From assembly GCA_964502145.1 (NCBI GenBank), contig CAZCVI010000002.1, positions 117,383-181,382 on the forward strand: 64,000 bases of DNA, given 5' to 3'. Below are positions 56,201 to 62,800 of the stretch, one piece after another (the first letter of the stretch is position 1; each line of letters begins with the position of its first letter). The DNA comes from an uncultured Clostridia bacterium. GTDB lineage: Bacteria; Acidobacteriota; Aminicenantia; UBA2199. The position numbers and the translations under genes are program-made. The notes beneath the pieces were generated by a model. The model was not told the DNA's origin and made no database searches. It worked only from the letters and a program-made list of their open reading frames with translations.

Positions 56201-56889
56201 AAGATGTCGCCCGGCAGTTGGAAACCCTGGTGAAAGAAACTGGCACCACGTTATATATTTTGTTATTGGCCCTGTACAGTATCTTGTTAAGCAAATTTAC
56301 CGGGCAGAAAGACATCATCATCGGCTCTCCTATTGCCGGGCGCAACCACGCTGATTTAGAAGGGCTGATCGGGTTATTCATTGAGACCATCGTGATCCGC
56401 TGTTTTCCCCTCGGAGATAAACCCTTTTTGGAATTCTTGGCAGAGGTGAAAAGCAATACCTTTAATGCCTATGAGAACCAGGGTTATCCCTTCGGGGAAT
56501 TATTAAAGCACGTGGGCACCCAGCAGTGGGATGGCAGTCGGAACCCCTTGTTTGATGCCATGTTAATTGTTCAGAATGTCACCCAGGATTTTAAAGTGAT
56601 GTTATTGGAAGATGTAAAGATCAGCCCTTATGTGGCCAGTGACCACCGGGTCTCTAAAATGGATATTACCCTGGAGGTCATCGAAGCCCCCGGCAGAATT
56701 CATTGTAACCTGGAATACTGTACCGCGCTATTCACACACGAGACCATGGCAGCCTTTATCGCTTCTTTTCAGAAAATCGTGGCCATTGTTTTAGAAAATA
56801 ATAACATAAGATTGCAAGACATCCAATTGTCCCATGAATTAAAAGGTGCCACCGCCTCTATTTACGATGACGCCGAAATAGAGTTTTAA
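38071..56889 (+). CDS. Hybrid NRPS-PKS megasynthase, 6272 aa: C-A-T / C-A(rSAM-B12 insertion)-T / C-A-T / KS-AT-T / C-A-T / C
   Basis: There are five HHxxxDG condensation motifs: HHIIYDGWS, then HHIISDG four times. Four A domains carry the motifs LKAG(A/G)AY(L/V)P(I/L)(N/D)P, (Y/S)TSG(T/S)TG(K/R)PK, (Y/N/H/E)YGP(T/S)E, Y(R/K)(T/S)GD and GK(V/I)(D/L)R. Five carrier Ser motifs are present (GGHSL x3, GGNSM, GGDSL). KS motifs are TACSTSLVA, ETHGTGTQLGD and NFGHLGSAAG. The AT motif is GYSFGEYVAA. Confidence 0.95.
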   Translation: MSQLERKKIADILMLTHLQEGILFHYLQEPKSAQYFEQLSLEISGEINLELFKTAWHTVIQTNEMLRTVFRWEKMEKPTQIILKEHTCDITFYDLTDEATNRQKSRLQEIKDKDKQTPFDLQEVPMRIMLCKLGTHDYEMIISNHHIIYDGWSNGIILKEFFRAYYGLSAGKPALLPDKPSFKEFIKWLQNEDKYEKDKQKAFWRDYLAGLDGQTELPLKNIKNRKNTGSKQVEHYSLVLEPELKERLEAFAKTKRFTLAGVFYTVWGLLLHQYCNSQDVLFGTTVAGRSARIKGIEEMVGLFINTIPLRIQTTPGEKMVAVVSGVDHALQARELFENTPLLDIRNYSGLSGYVSLFDTLVVIENYPLDSRLLPEESGLSVHAFTIAEMTHYDLTVGIVLFNEIAVTFSYNPELFAQEMIAHLAGHFLSLVQMIIENGEQDICAIEIISPEEKHRVLYEFNNTAAEYPSNKTIPQLFMEQSARTPDYIALIWEKSGACHISYAELNELSNRLAYWLQTEGIRPDTIVAIMVNRSIEMIVGLMGILKAGAAYLPINPEYPAERIQFMLQDSTAKIVLTEPIIQATTSHIPIPPIIPIIPIPPITPSNLAYVIYTSGTTGKPKGVLVEHQNAVNVVCWLGRKYQLNPDTHIILMSDYTFDASIDQIFGALLHGASLYIASKEFMLDMDALRHYINKNRINFINFVPLVLNELLGYREKLPSLNTVISGAERLDDTIKDNILKRGYHLYNHYGPTETTVETLVFTCTDAPVYLGKPIANTKIYILDQWEHIVPIGVPGELYIAGAGLARGYLNRSDLTAEKFVATPHGVENDPVSRTYRTGDLGCWLPDGNIAFLGRIDQQVKIRGFRVELGEIEAQLRTFPEIKQVVVSAKEDNRGDKTLCAYIVSRQLSTGPTAPLDPAVLTTYLAGILPDYMIPAYYVQLAEIPLLPNGKVDRKNLPEPVFIATQAYQEPRHELDRRLQTIWTSVLFGNVLSEDSSAPPPKPIGIDDNFFHMGGHSLKIMNMAAKIHKELNLEIPVQELFTHPTIRVLANYINTREHTKNITKNNFAEIAAIEVKEYYPLSSAQKRVYILYLMETDSINYNMHEVFRLEGELDVGRLEKSFTQLIRRHESLRTSFFLLHDEPVQKIVAASDVPFASEFFDPNEKDTLVEPALNDTALMENTTVYDINQRFLRPFDLTQAPLFRVGLIKIAKNSHILMAGMHHIISDGISIDLFITDFVALYRGQNLPPLPIQYKEYAHWQHQKKAQGAFNSQRSYWLHEFAGELPVLTMPYDFPRPAVQSFAGDKYYFNLPAYETKTLIKRCQEEAVTLFMMLSAIYYVMLWKLSGAEEIVVGSPTAGRRHADLESILGMFVNTLAVKTSPAKETRFKPFLAQVKQKNLAAFENQEYQFDDLVEELLPARDLGRNPLFDMMFILQNMTGTTNTAINIPGLKITRLPFETHIAPFDFYLMAEERQESIYFTVGYCTKLFTLETVRRFMGYYREILATVVTQPEVELARIDILSPAEKRQLVQEFNNTQRPYPQGQTIPQWFAEQAARTPEAIAVVGEGVITYRELNQRANQLAHLLRQKGVAPDTIVALFMFRSIQMVVGILGILKAGGAYLPINPVYPGQRVLSILEDSGGNYFISDEKTSRPLSFTGLQRLDVPEVTPLVTAKRPQITNFDSLPHPDRTLIDYSKYHRYIGIAPAKYTVSIQATRGCPYQCAYCHKIWPKTHVMRRAEDIFAEISACYQAGVKRFVFIDDVFNLNKKNSGQLFQTLIDHHYDVQLFFPNGLRGDILTPDFIDLMIEAGTVNIDLALETASPRLQKLINKQLNLEKFAANVHYITQKHPHVVLEMEMMIGFPTETEAEALQTLELLQSFKWVHFPNLNILKIYPNTDMAQLAIENGVSRKLIHSSTTLAFHELPETLPFSKDFVREYQARFTNQYFLSQERLRHVLKQQVKSFTADELVQKYDSYLPVEIKSFADILKCADISSAALGPIEFIPEARFAAPDFNQRIKAFFPSRPSSENAFRLLFLDLSQSFRADMGHTLYDVGAEPLGLMYLASYLQEQLGPHVRVKVLKSRIDFDSYAQLQEQITLFQPHLIGLRTLSLYKDFFHRTVSLLRQWGITAPIIAGGPYATSDYKQMLQDPHIHLAVLGEGEATTLHLVKEMMTKNNTWPADDVLETIPGLAFIRQSERMLTTAPQRQVLLLDQISGPLAHFPTTNPQNVNHPGDLLYLISTSGSTGKPKSVMVEHRTLVNLLHFQFHHTAIHFSRVLQFAAIGFDVSVQEIFSALLAGGTLYLPDEDMKSDVPRLFQFIQQNQIEILFLPPAFLNFVFSDPDYIPLFPDCVRHIIAAGEQLIVNEALRLFLKQRHVYLHNHYGPSETHVVTTLTMDPTQEIPHFPGIGSPVSNTGIYILDSQSNLLPLGVSGELNIGGIQVGRGYLGNVALTAEKFVPNPFVPGDRLYRTGDMARWWSNGSIQFLGRLDFQIKIRGFRIEPGEIEGQLKKHPDIKETIVLALADNKGELYLVAYVVLQPQTTMPLLREFLLNRLPDYMVPAHFIPLARIPLNASGKVDRHALPPPENTPGNGHVAPRDPMEKKLAAIWCTVLGKDVAQDTVSIDDNFFQMGGHSLKATALTSRLAKEFHVKVPLVEIFKEPTIRGLSGYIAHSMVEQYAGITPVEEQEYYPLSSAQKRLHFLQQMDKAGTTYHLTSNWLLEGVVAKNHLEQSLLKLLQRHESLRTSFDIIAEEPVQIIHPKLAFVIEDEHATMDSFLRPFALSHAPLLRVGLVKIAAEKFLLLVDMHHIISDGLSMDILSREFTALLAGVELPPLRLQYKDYAAWQSSEKESPHFRQQELFWQQEFSGAIPVLDLPVDYSRPPVQSFAGASLPFALSRDSVVSLQAIAVEASATMYMVLLTCYTIFLAKMSNQEDIVIGTPIAGRRHADLEKIIGMFVNTLVLRNYPVAEKKFSDFLAEVKERTLKAFENQEYPYEDLVDKVTITRDVCRNPLFDTMFVLQNATPPPVDIPGLKIAPVPQENKTAKFDLTLTAVETPEKIELNFEYCTKLFKKESIHRFITYFTNIIDSVLADPFIVLGQIPLLSPAQREQLLVEINAPAIRYPNFKTIQGLFAEQVKKTPDRPALTGIRYDQAETHLTYRQLDQLSRQLAHQLTGRGLGPNKRAAIMVGRNVEMIIAILGIIQAGAAYVPLDPQAPVERLHYVLADCGAELLLTFRPLAARLAPAIDTLYLEEFTTLPATPPDAVLSGHPDDLAYIIYTSGSTGRPKGVPICHRNVSPLLFWGYRYLGICRLDRVIQSPSYYFDWSVWEIFITLTSGAHLVMISEELVLDPPALVEFIRQHAITTLHITPTQLSYLVNSRRPMLSLHHLCIGAEKLTYDLVARALPLLATDCRIYNMYGPTEATIISAVAEIDREQIPFYLKLPSIPIGHTIANTTLFVLDHSMNPCPIHVVGELYIAGDALARGYLNDPEKTVASFVTNPFAEICGPYLYKTGDRVRRLEDGSILFLGRADDQVKIRGYRIELGEIENWLLHYPHVKDALVLVKADHLQEKYLCAYVACPIELDTAELRDFLAARLPAYMIPAHFITLEHMPLNPNGKVDKKRLPLPEMQTSPQVVAPKNDLEKTILSIWQDVLGLDHVGTTDNYFERGGNSMNIVKVSHRLKSVLNRDIPVMDLFRYPTIKTLAAYLNQSPGHVPFTPSEIGESLLLNQPEIPRHESVSTTPAIAVIGMAGRLPGANTISAFWNNLKHGVESIAFFSPAEFADNGGDPRSVNLPNYVKTRCDLQDIQYFDSSFFGYTPVEAEIIDPQMRLFHECVWEAFEDAGYESGSYAGRIGLYSGGESSSFWETLTSLSQIGQLMNPLILGNLNNKDYLSSRIAYKFNLRGPSVTMNTACSTSLVAIHFAVQGLLNRECEIALAGGVRVMLPGKTGYLYQEGMIQSPDGHCRAFDARANGTVGGDGVGVVVLKTLARAQVDGDHIYAVIKGSAINNDGIGKVGYHAPSINGQAAAIRAACANAAIDPGSIGYIETHGTGTQLGDTVEIEALKLVFNALVLPQHKNTCAIGSVKTNFGHLGSAAGVAGFIKTVLTLKHRLIPPSLHFERPNPKIDFENSPFYVNTQLTPWPSTLLPARASVSSFGIGGTNAHIILEAVAPTSPAFPASARPDQLLLLSARTPAALHTMSVNLLEYLKENPVLSLADVAYTLQVGRKRMAIRRKLVCSTSAQVIDQLAASGPAHVGAYTALVADEDRKVIFMFPGLGAQHVNMGRGLYHTEPIFRDVMDRCFAILKDLYPVDIKEILYPAGEISPASNSQFHSFEVEQLVLFVFEYALARLILSWGIQPHAMIGYSFGEYVAACLAGVFRLQDILKLLVVRGRLISQLPAGAMLSVPLPVEAVQPFLPAELSIAIDNRSSCVVSGPAQAVASFAQQMKAKKLLCPPFESPFAAHSSQLDPILAEFHKEVATISLQTPQIPYISTCTGTWITVADAQSPEYWVKQLRSTVYFVRGIHQIIEGVSPVFLEMGPGRDMSALVNREITAKTGIQTMNLLRHRGSLKERTDEDYLLDKIGRLWLYGVNIDWQAYHSGQRRSRLSLPTYPFEKKRAWKIMENYHAGQYSYLPGAPGAPESSHPAQGTPLAETPGDHWTQEPPHLEWNARPQLSTSYVAPRDEVQQVLLDIWQHFFGIQEIGITDDFFELGGDSLKATTLLSTLHKEANILVPLTYFFDNPTIEKIAAYAITSENDADPGEKEFHAIQLLEQKEYYPLSSAQKRMTFFQQLDQTSIGYNLVLANTIQGNLDTLKLAAIFTKLSARHEILRTSIEEIQGETVQRIHPHIAATLITGHGESPEVFIAQFIRPFDLARAPLMRVGLLSMAEQQYLLIVDMHHIISDGTSLAVLIGEFLALYQEKELPVLLLQYKDYAVWQNQEMAGGLFVSQRDYWIKTFAGEVPVLELPYDCIRPLDRTYAGDLLAFEIDRAETSALNHFASQQGVTLYMVLLCLTTILLAKLSGQETVVVGTPIAGRTHADLGRIIGMFVNTLAMKNEPNGQKTIQEFLKEVKENTLSAFANQNYQYEELVEHLPIDRSLGHNPLFDTLLVLQNMALPNINIPELTLTPYPYHTGLVNFDLTFLCVETPATLSFTLEYSTELFKKETAQRFIGFFKKILTTVLAHPEGKISQIEIISQPEKTQILYDFNNTTVTYPANQTLPQLFSDQAARTPDHIAIIGPTLALTHCQLTYSQLNEASNRLAHWLLSTGVRPNTIVAIMIERSIELIIGIIGILESGAAYLPIDPQYPEERKQYILADSNTTLILTQHSIQQAIPITPITPNTPIIPILPITPINLAYIIYTSGSTGRPKGVMVDHHSIANTLYYRCQEYRIVPSDRVLQLFSFAFDGFLTSCFTPLLSGASVVQLSQEDIKDIFRIKEMIVAQRITHFIAVPSLYRSLLEVATALELSHLKIVTLAGEQVPPDLVVKSKSLNPLLELVNEYGPTESSVLTSIHRNLEPGAIISIGKPIANTRIYILDQDDHVAPIGLPGQLVISGLGLARGYLNNPQLTAATFFSLAHSATFATLSPKLYKSGDLARWLPDGNIEFLGRIDQQVKIRGFRIELGEIENQLLRHPQIKEAVVDVRTENSGDHYLCAYIVTQGEWDISQAREYLAKTLPDYMIPAHFVALEKIPLSPTGKILRSALPQPQLKSAAQYVPPRNDIEQQLVEIWTEILGSDPLFASFLHPSIGIDDNFFHLGGHSLKAMTMVTKLHKALNVKVPLVEVFKTLTIRKLAAYILGLKKELYTAIQPAETREYYDLSSAQRRFYILQQMELDSFAYNNFSVMVLDGLFDKEKFGHALNQLIARHDSLRTSFELIGGEPFQKIHQQVVAEIAYFDFTPPGKSQLLESTIQHFNRPFDLSHAPLLRFGIILVEQQKSLLLLSLHHIISDGTSIGTFMNELIYLYLGRELPPLRLQYHDFSQWQKNLLVSGALKTQEEYWLKVFAGELPVLEMPTDYPRPAVQSFAGHSIDFFLEEDVARQLETLVKETGTTLYILLLALYSILLSKFTGQKDIIIGSPIAGRNHADLEGLIGLFIETIVIRCFPLGDKPFLEFLAEVKSNTFNAYENQGYPFGELLKHVGTQQWDGSRNPLFDAMLIVQNVTQDFKVMLLEDVKISPYVASDHRVSKMDITLEVIEAPGRIHCNLEYCTALFTHETMAAFIASFQKIVAIVLENNNIRLQDIQLSHELKGATASIYDDAEIEF
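39832..39885 (+). repeat. In-frame 9-bp tandem repeat (6 units) encoding IPIPPIIPIIPIPPITPS in the A2-A3 loop of A domain 1
   Basis: attcccatt cctcccata attcccata attcccatt cctcccata actcccagt. It lies immediately before NLAYVIYTSGTTGKPKG. Confidence 0.95.
41290..46090 (+). other. Module 2: C (HHIISDG ~41731) - interrupted A (N-part 42630-43020; C-part 44755-45830) - T (Ser 45970-45972)
   Basis: A2 motif LKAGGAYLPINP at 42910-42945. A3 motif LYLISTSGSTGKPK at ~44779-44817. Later motifs NHYGPSE, GELNIGG..GRGY, YRTGD, KIRGFRIEPGEIE and NASGKVDR are intact. The hand-extracted code DVQFIAHVVK matches the Pro code DVQLIAHVVK at 9 of 10 positions. Confidence 0.8.
43021..44754 (+). other. ~580-aa insertion inside A domain 2: radical SAM core followed by a B12-binding-like Rossmann domain (permuted order)
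   Basis: FDSLPHPDRTLIDYSKY...IQATRGCPYQCAYCHK (Cys at 43222, 43234, 43243), FVFIDDVFNL, NIDLALETASPRLQKLINK and MIGFPTETEAE. From ~44161 onward: FRLLFLDLSQ...EPLGLMYLASYLQEQ...PHLIGLRTLS...APIIAGGPYATSD...LAVLGEGEATTLHLV (B12-binding-domain-like). Confidence 0.75.
46130..49210 (+). other. Module 3: C (HHIISDGLS ~46489) - A (A3 ~47890-47940) - T (GGNSM, Ser 49090-49092)
   Basis: Motifs as listed. The hand-extracted code D-W-W-H-C-G-M-I-I-K is unassigned. Confidence 0.8.
49300..52340 (+). other. Module 4 (PKS): KS (Cys 49816-49818) - AT (GYSFGE ~51175) - PCP-like carrier (FFELGGDSLKAT, Ser 52231-52233); no KR/DH/ER/MT
   Basis: IAVIGMAGRLPGA...TACSTSLVA...ETHGTGT...NFGHLGSAAG. VIFMFPGLGAQ...GYSFGEYVAACLAG. 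Post-AT linker PTYPFEKKRAW. The carrier is preceded by YVAPRDEVQQVLLDIWQ, which is NRPS-style. Confidence 0.8.
52400..55480 (+). other. Module 5: C (HHIISDGTS ~52786) - A (A3 ~54160-54210) - T (Ser 55375-55377)
   Basis: The hand-extracted code DGTITAEVLK matches the Tyr code DGTITAEVAK at 9 of 10 positions. Confidence 0.75.
54091..54153 (+). repeat. In-frame 9-bp tandem repeat (7 units) encoding IPITPITPNTPIIPILPITPI in the A2-A3 loop of A domain 4
   Basis: attcccatc actcccatc actcccaac actcccata attcccata cttcccatc actcccata. It lies immediately before NLAYIIYTSGSTGRPKG. Confidence 0.95.
55530..56886 (+). other. C-terminal condensation domain (HHIISDGTS ~55927) with no following A/T in the same protein
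   Basis: EYYDLSSAQRRFYIL...LHHIISDGTS... The ORF ends 3 nt before the next megasynthase gene. Confidence 0.8.
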
Positions 56890-56891
56890 CA

Positions 56892-59800
56892 ATGTCTAAA
56901 GGAAAAGAAACCATGAGAAAACAAACCAATGCCCCCTCCAAACTAGCTTTTGTTTTTCCCGGAATTGGTTCTTTATGGAAACAAATGGGCCTTCGCTTAT
57001 TACAAGAAGACGTTTTTCGCACGACGATCCAGGAATGCGATGAGGCCTTTCGTTTGAATCCCTCAGTCGCTTGGTCAATTGTAGAAGAGATCAACGCCCC
57101 GGTAGCGCTTTCAAGAATCGAAGATATCTGTATCGGTTATCCCTGCGGCTTGGCTATTGAGATAGCCTTAACCGCCTTATTAAAAAGCCGTGGTATCCTC
57201 CCCCATGCTGTAATCGGTCACAGTGGTGGCGAAATTCCCGCGGCTTATGCCGCAGGCATTCTGAATTTACCCGATGCCTTTCGCGCTATCTGGGGTCACT
57301 ATATGGAAATGAGCAAAAGAAACAACGCGGTCAACATGGCCTATATCGGCTTGCCCGTAACCAAAGTGGCGCAAACCATACAACTCCACCACGCCCAATC
57401 CCGCATATTCATCGCCGCTGTAAACAGTCCTAAATCCACCATCATCTCCGGTCACACAGACGCCATTAAACCCCTGCTGGAATCTCTCGCCAAAGAAAAA
57501 GTATTTTGCCGCATCTTGGACACCCTGGGCGCGTTTCATTCTCCGATCATGGAAGAGAATAGAACGGAAATTTATACCCGCTTAAAAGACATCCAAGCCA
57601 AAGAAGCCACCATCCCCTTTTACTCCTCCCTGTTAGGCAAATTGGGACACGATAATCTTGCGCTACCCTTGTACTGCACCAATCTGATGATACAACCCGT
57701 GTTGTTTGCCGATGGCATTCAAGCCCTGATTAAAGATGGCTATACCACCTTTTTAGAGATCAGCCCCCATCCCGTTCTTTCCAGAAATATCCAGGAAATA
57801 CTCGAAGCATGCAACCTAGAGAACGCACAGGTTCTGCCAACCTTAAAACGCGATGAGGACGACAAAAGAATGTTCGCAGAATGTCTCGACCATCTTGCCA
57901 CAGCCCACCCCGCATCACACACTTTCTTTTCGTCCCCGCCACCCACCATTGACCCCGCCCAAAAGAAAGCCTTTATCGTAACAACAATCACCCAATCCAT
58001 CCAGGACCTTTTAAAATGCCCCCCTGTTTCCCCTGTGGATGTCTACCTCGGTTTTTTTGATATGGGCTTTGATAGCATGAAAGCATTACAATTTAAAGAT
58101 ATATTATCCCAACGACTCGGTTTATCTCTCCCCGTGACCTTGATCTTTGATTATCCTGATATTCATTCCCTGAGCCACTATTTACTCTCCAGATTTACCC
58201 TATCAACCCCTGCCACAGAGGACAATAACCCGCTCCTTGAAACCAGTACAGAACCCATCGCCATCGTTGGCATGGCGTGTCGTTTTCCTGGTGGTGCCAA
58301 TACCCTCGATACCTTCTGGGACCTATTAAAAAACGGGCGGGATACCGTAAGCGATATCCCCGAGGAGCGTTGGAATGGTCAGATGTATTATTCTCCAGAG
58401 ATCACACCCGGAAAAACCAACACCCACCGGGGAAATTTTATTTCTGGTATTGATATCACCACCTTTGACGCCAATTTTTTCAAGATTTCACCCAAGGAAG
58501 CCAGAGCATTGGACCCCCAGCATCGGCTTCTTTTAGAAGTAACTGTTGAAGCTTTGGAAAATGCCGCCATTCCGCTGTTAAGTATCAGAGATAAACAAGT
58601 CGGCGTGTTTATCGGCATATGTTCCGATGATTATAAATTAGCCCACCTCCATGCCGCCGATTTAACCCACATGGATGCATACGCCGCCTCTGGTTCCATG
58701 CTTGGACCCGCCGCGGGCAGGATATCTTATTTCCTTGGGCTCAGAGGACCATCCCTGTCCGTTGATACCGCGTGCTCTTCTGCCCTGACCGCCCTTCATT
58801 ATGCAGTGTTATCGCTCCGCCACCGTGAATGTGAGACCGTCATCACCGGTGGCGTAAACTGTTTGTTATCCCCTAATATGTTCGTGTATTTGAGCCAGCT
58901 CAATACCTTGTCCCAAGATGGGACATGTAAAACCTTTGATGAAAAAGCCGATGGTTTTGGTAGGGGAGAAGGGTGTGGCGTTTTAGTATTAAAGCGCTTG
59001 TCCGATGCCCGGCGCGACAACGATAATATCTGGGCCATTATCCAGGGTTCCGCCGTGAACCACGATGGCGCCAGTGCCGGTTTCACCGCTCCCAATGGCG
59101 TCGCCCAGCAAGAAGTGATCCAAAAAGCCCTGTTAGATGCCCGTGTTTCCCCTGCCAGTGTCGATTATATTGAAACCCATGGAGCAGGCACGCCACTGGG
59201 CGACCCCATCGAAATACAAGCTATAGCGGAAGTATACGGTAAAAATCGGGCCCAAGATGTGCCCCTTCTCGTGGGCGCTGTAAAAACAAATATCGGACAC
59301 TTGGAAGCTGCCGCTGGCGTAGCTGGAATGATCAAAACCATCCTCTCCTTACATCACCACATCATCCCCCCTCACCTCCATGTCTCCCACCCCAACCCCC
59401 AGATCAACTGGGAACAGATCCCGGTAAAAATAAATACCGGTTTAACCCCCTGGTTCCCCCGTGAGCAACCCAGGCGTGCCGCCATCAGCGGTTTTGGCTT
59501 CAGCGGAACCAATGCCCACGTGATTATTCAAGAACCACCCCTTTGGGCAGATGAAACCAACACCACATCAGACCCATATCCCGTTCATATGTTGAATTTA
59601 TCCGCCAAAACCCCCCGTGCCTTAAACGAATTGGCCCGGTTATACACGGACTATCTTTCCAATCCATCTTTGCCTGATTTAGGCGATATATGTTATACTG
59701 CTGCCACCGGTCGTTCTCATTTTTCTTTTAGATATTCCGCCGTGGGCAAAGATGTTTCTGAAATCAAGCATAAGCTCGAATACTTCCTGGCCAATCAAAC

Positions 59801-62800
59801 CAATCATTCCACTGTCACCCAAGATAAAAACGAGCTGAATAAAAAAATCGCTTTCCTTTTCACCGGGCAGGGGTCGCAGTATGTTGGCATGGGCAAAGAG
59901 TTATACCATGCCGAACCCATATTTAAAGCCGCCTTAACCACCTGCGACCAACTCTTCCAAAAAGTACTGGACCTATCCATCATCGAATTATTGTATGCCC
60001 CCCTATCTACCGATGAGATCGTCGCCCAAGCCATTCATGCCCAACCCATTATTTTTGCCATCCAATATGCCCTGGTCAAACTCTGGCAATCCTGGGGCAT
60101 AGAACCCGCCCTGGTTATCGGACACAGCATCGGCGAATATGCCGCCGCGTGTACCGCTGGCGTTTTTAGCTTGGAAGATGCCGTCAAACTCGTGGCCATC
60201 CGGGGTCGATTAATGCAATCCGTCAGCCAATCCGGGCGCATGGCCGGTATTCTAACCTCCGAGGAAAACGCCCGCGCCTTTATCGCCCCCTATCAAAACG
60301 ACGTGTCCATCGCTGCTGTTAATGCCCCTGAAAATGTCACCATCTCCGGTAGCCTAGAATCCATAAACAACGTGTTGGCCCATGTTAAACAGGCAAAAAT
60401 TTTTATCGAACAACTTCCTATTTCCCATGCCTTTCATTCCGTGCTCATGGAACCCTATGTAGAGTCATTCAGTCGCGAAATCGCTGGAATTGTGTTCTCC
60501 CCCCCACAATTACCTTTCATTTCAACCGTTACCGGTTTACCCGCCCACCAAGAAATAACCCAGCCCCAGTATTGGGCGCAGCATTTTTGCCGTACCGTGC
60601 GCTATTATGACAGTATCACCTTGGCTCACACCCAGGGCGTCCAAATTTTTCTCGAAATCGGCGGCACTGCCACCCTAACAGGGCTCGCCGCCCAGTGTTT
60701 GCCCGCCACAAATGCCCTTTTTATTCCTTCCTTGCGAAAAGGAAAGTCTGCCTGCCAACAACTATTAACCAGTCTCTCCCAATTGTATACCCACGGCATA
60801 AATATCCAGTGGCAAAAATTTTATCACCCCTTTCAGTATAAAAAAGTAATCCTTCCCAACACCCCTTTTTTGCGTGAAAGGTTCTGGATGGATAACCTTC
60901 TTCCAGTCTTACCCACCCAGAAAAATGAATTAGTACAACCTATACCAGAGGAAATCGTGATCGAGGACACTAATAATATGGAAAATACAGCACACATTCT
61001 TATTGAAATAAAAGAGATGGTTCATACTATTTCCGGTTTGCGCCCCGAAGCGCTTGATGATGATTCCGAATTGTTTGCCATGGGACTCGATTCATTGATG
61101 ATGACCGAGTTACGGCGCAAAATAACCGGCCAGTATGGCATAGATATTTCTCTGAATGAATTTTTCATGGAATTAACCACCCTGCACAAAATAGCCCGAC
61201 ATCTCCAGCATAAGTTCCACCCCCTGGCAAAGAAAACGGCAGTCACCCCCCAGTTTATAGATACAATGACTATTCCAGCCCCGCAGGCAGGTGAAACCAT
61301 GCCTGTTTCCACCATGGAACGTATCCTGACGCAACAAATGGAGGCCATGAAAGAGCACTCTTTACGGATCTCCGATTTAGCGTTAAAACAATTGGAAGCC
61401 CTAAAGAATCTGCAGGTTCCCGTTCCTCCAGTTCCCCCCGTGGTCGCTCCTACTGTTGTAGCCGAACCTATCACCAAACCCCTTCACTTTTCCGCTACCG
61501 CCGATCTGCGCCAGCGCGGTTTGACCCTGCGGCAGCAGGAGCACTTGGATAGACTTATACAGCGTTATACCGCGCGCACCCATTCCTCCAAAGAACAGAC
61601 CCGCCACGACCGCGACGTCCTCGCCGATAGTAAAGGGACAGTCGGGTTTAATCTTGCCACCAAGGAAATGTTGTACCCCCTCATTGGCAAGTCTGCCAAA
61701 GGCTCCCGTATCTGGGATATTGATGGTAATGAATACGTCGACATCACCATGGGCTTTGGCGTCTATCTGTTTGGTCATCATCCCGAATTTCTCAAGAAAG
61801 CCTTCCGTGAACATCACGAAGATGCACCCGAATTAGGCCCCCGTTCCCCCTGGGTGGGCAAGGCCGCTGCTTTAATTGCGCAATTCACCCGTTTGGAACG
61901 TGTCGCTTTTGCCAATACCGGCACTGAAGCTGTCATGACCGCTATTCGTCTCGCCCGTGCCGCGACCGGACGCACCAAAATCGCCATGTTTTCCCGTTCT
62001 TACCACGGCCATTCCGATGGCACCCTGGCTGTCTCCACCATACGTAACGGTCAACTTTTTTCCGAACCCGTTTCACCCGGAATTCCCCATAGTGTTGTCC
62101 AGGAAACGATTGTTTTGGATTACCTCGAACCCCACGCCCTGGAGATTATCCGCCAACAGGGGCCCCAACTGGCTGCCGTGCTGGTTGAACCCGTGCAAAG
62201 CCGGTATCCCGATGTCAACCCCGCCCCATTTCTCCACGAATTAAGACGTATCACCCGGGAAACAGGTTGCCTGTTGATATTTGATGAAATGATTACCGGG
62301 TTCCGTATTCATCCTGGTGGCGCCCAGGCGTATTTTAATGTTGAGGCCGATATCTGTGTCTATGGAAAAATTATCGGTGGCGGTTTACCTATCGGTGTCA
62401 TTGCCGGGAAAGCCCACTATATGGATCACATCGACGGCGGTACCTGGGACTATGGCGATACCTCGTACCCTGCCGTGGAAAGAACCTTTTTCGGCGGCAC
62501 ATTCTGCCAGTACCACCAGGCCATGTTGGCCGCTACTACGGTTTTAGAATACCTCCAAGACCAGGGCCCCCAATTGCAACACCAATTGAATCTCAAAACA
62601 AAACAATTGGCCGATACACTCAATACTTATTTTGAAGAAAACAATATCACCATCCGTGTGCTTTATTTTGGTTCCATTTTCCGTTTCGAAATCCAGGGTG
62701 GTCTCGATTTATTTTACTTTCATATGTTGGAAAAAGGCGTGTACATCTGGGAGTGGCGTAATTGTTTCCTTTCTACCGCCCATACCCAGGAAGACCTGGA

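Noticed and set aside
41290-56886. C domains 2-5 begin with EYY(P/D)LSSAQ(K/R)R, which reminded me of DCL-type C domains even though no epimerisation domain is present. That could hint at D-amino acids made by another route.
   Set aside because: C-domain subtypes cannot be assigned reliably by eye. The same motif also follows the PKS module. This needs NaPDoS or HMM subtyping before any claim.
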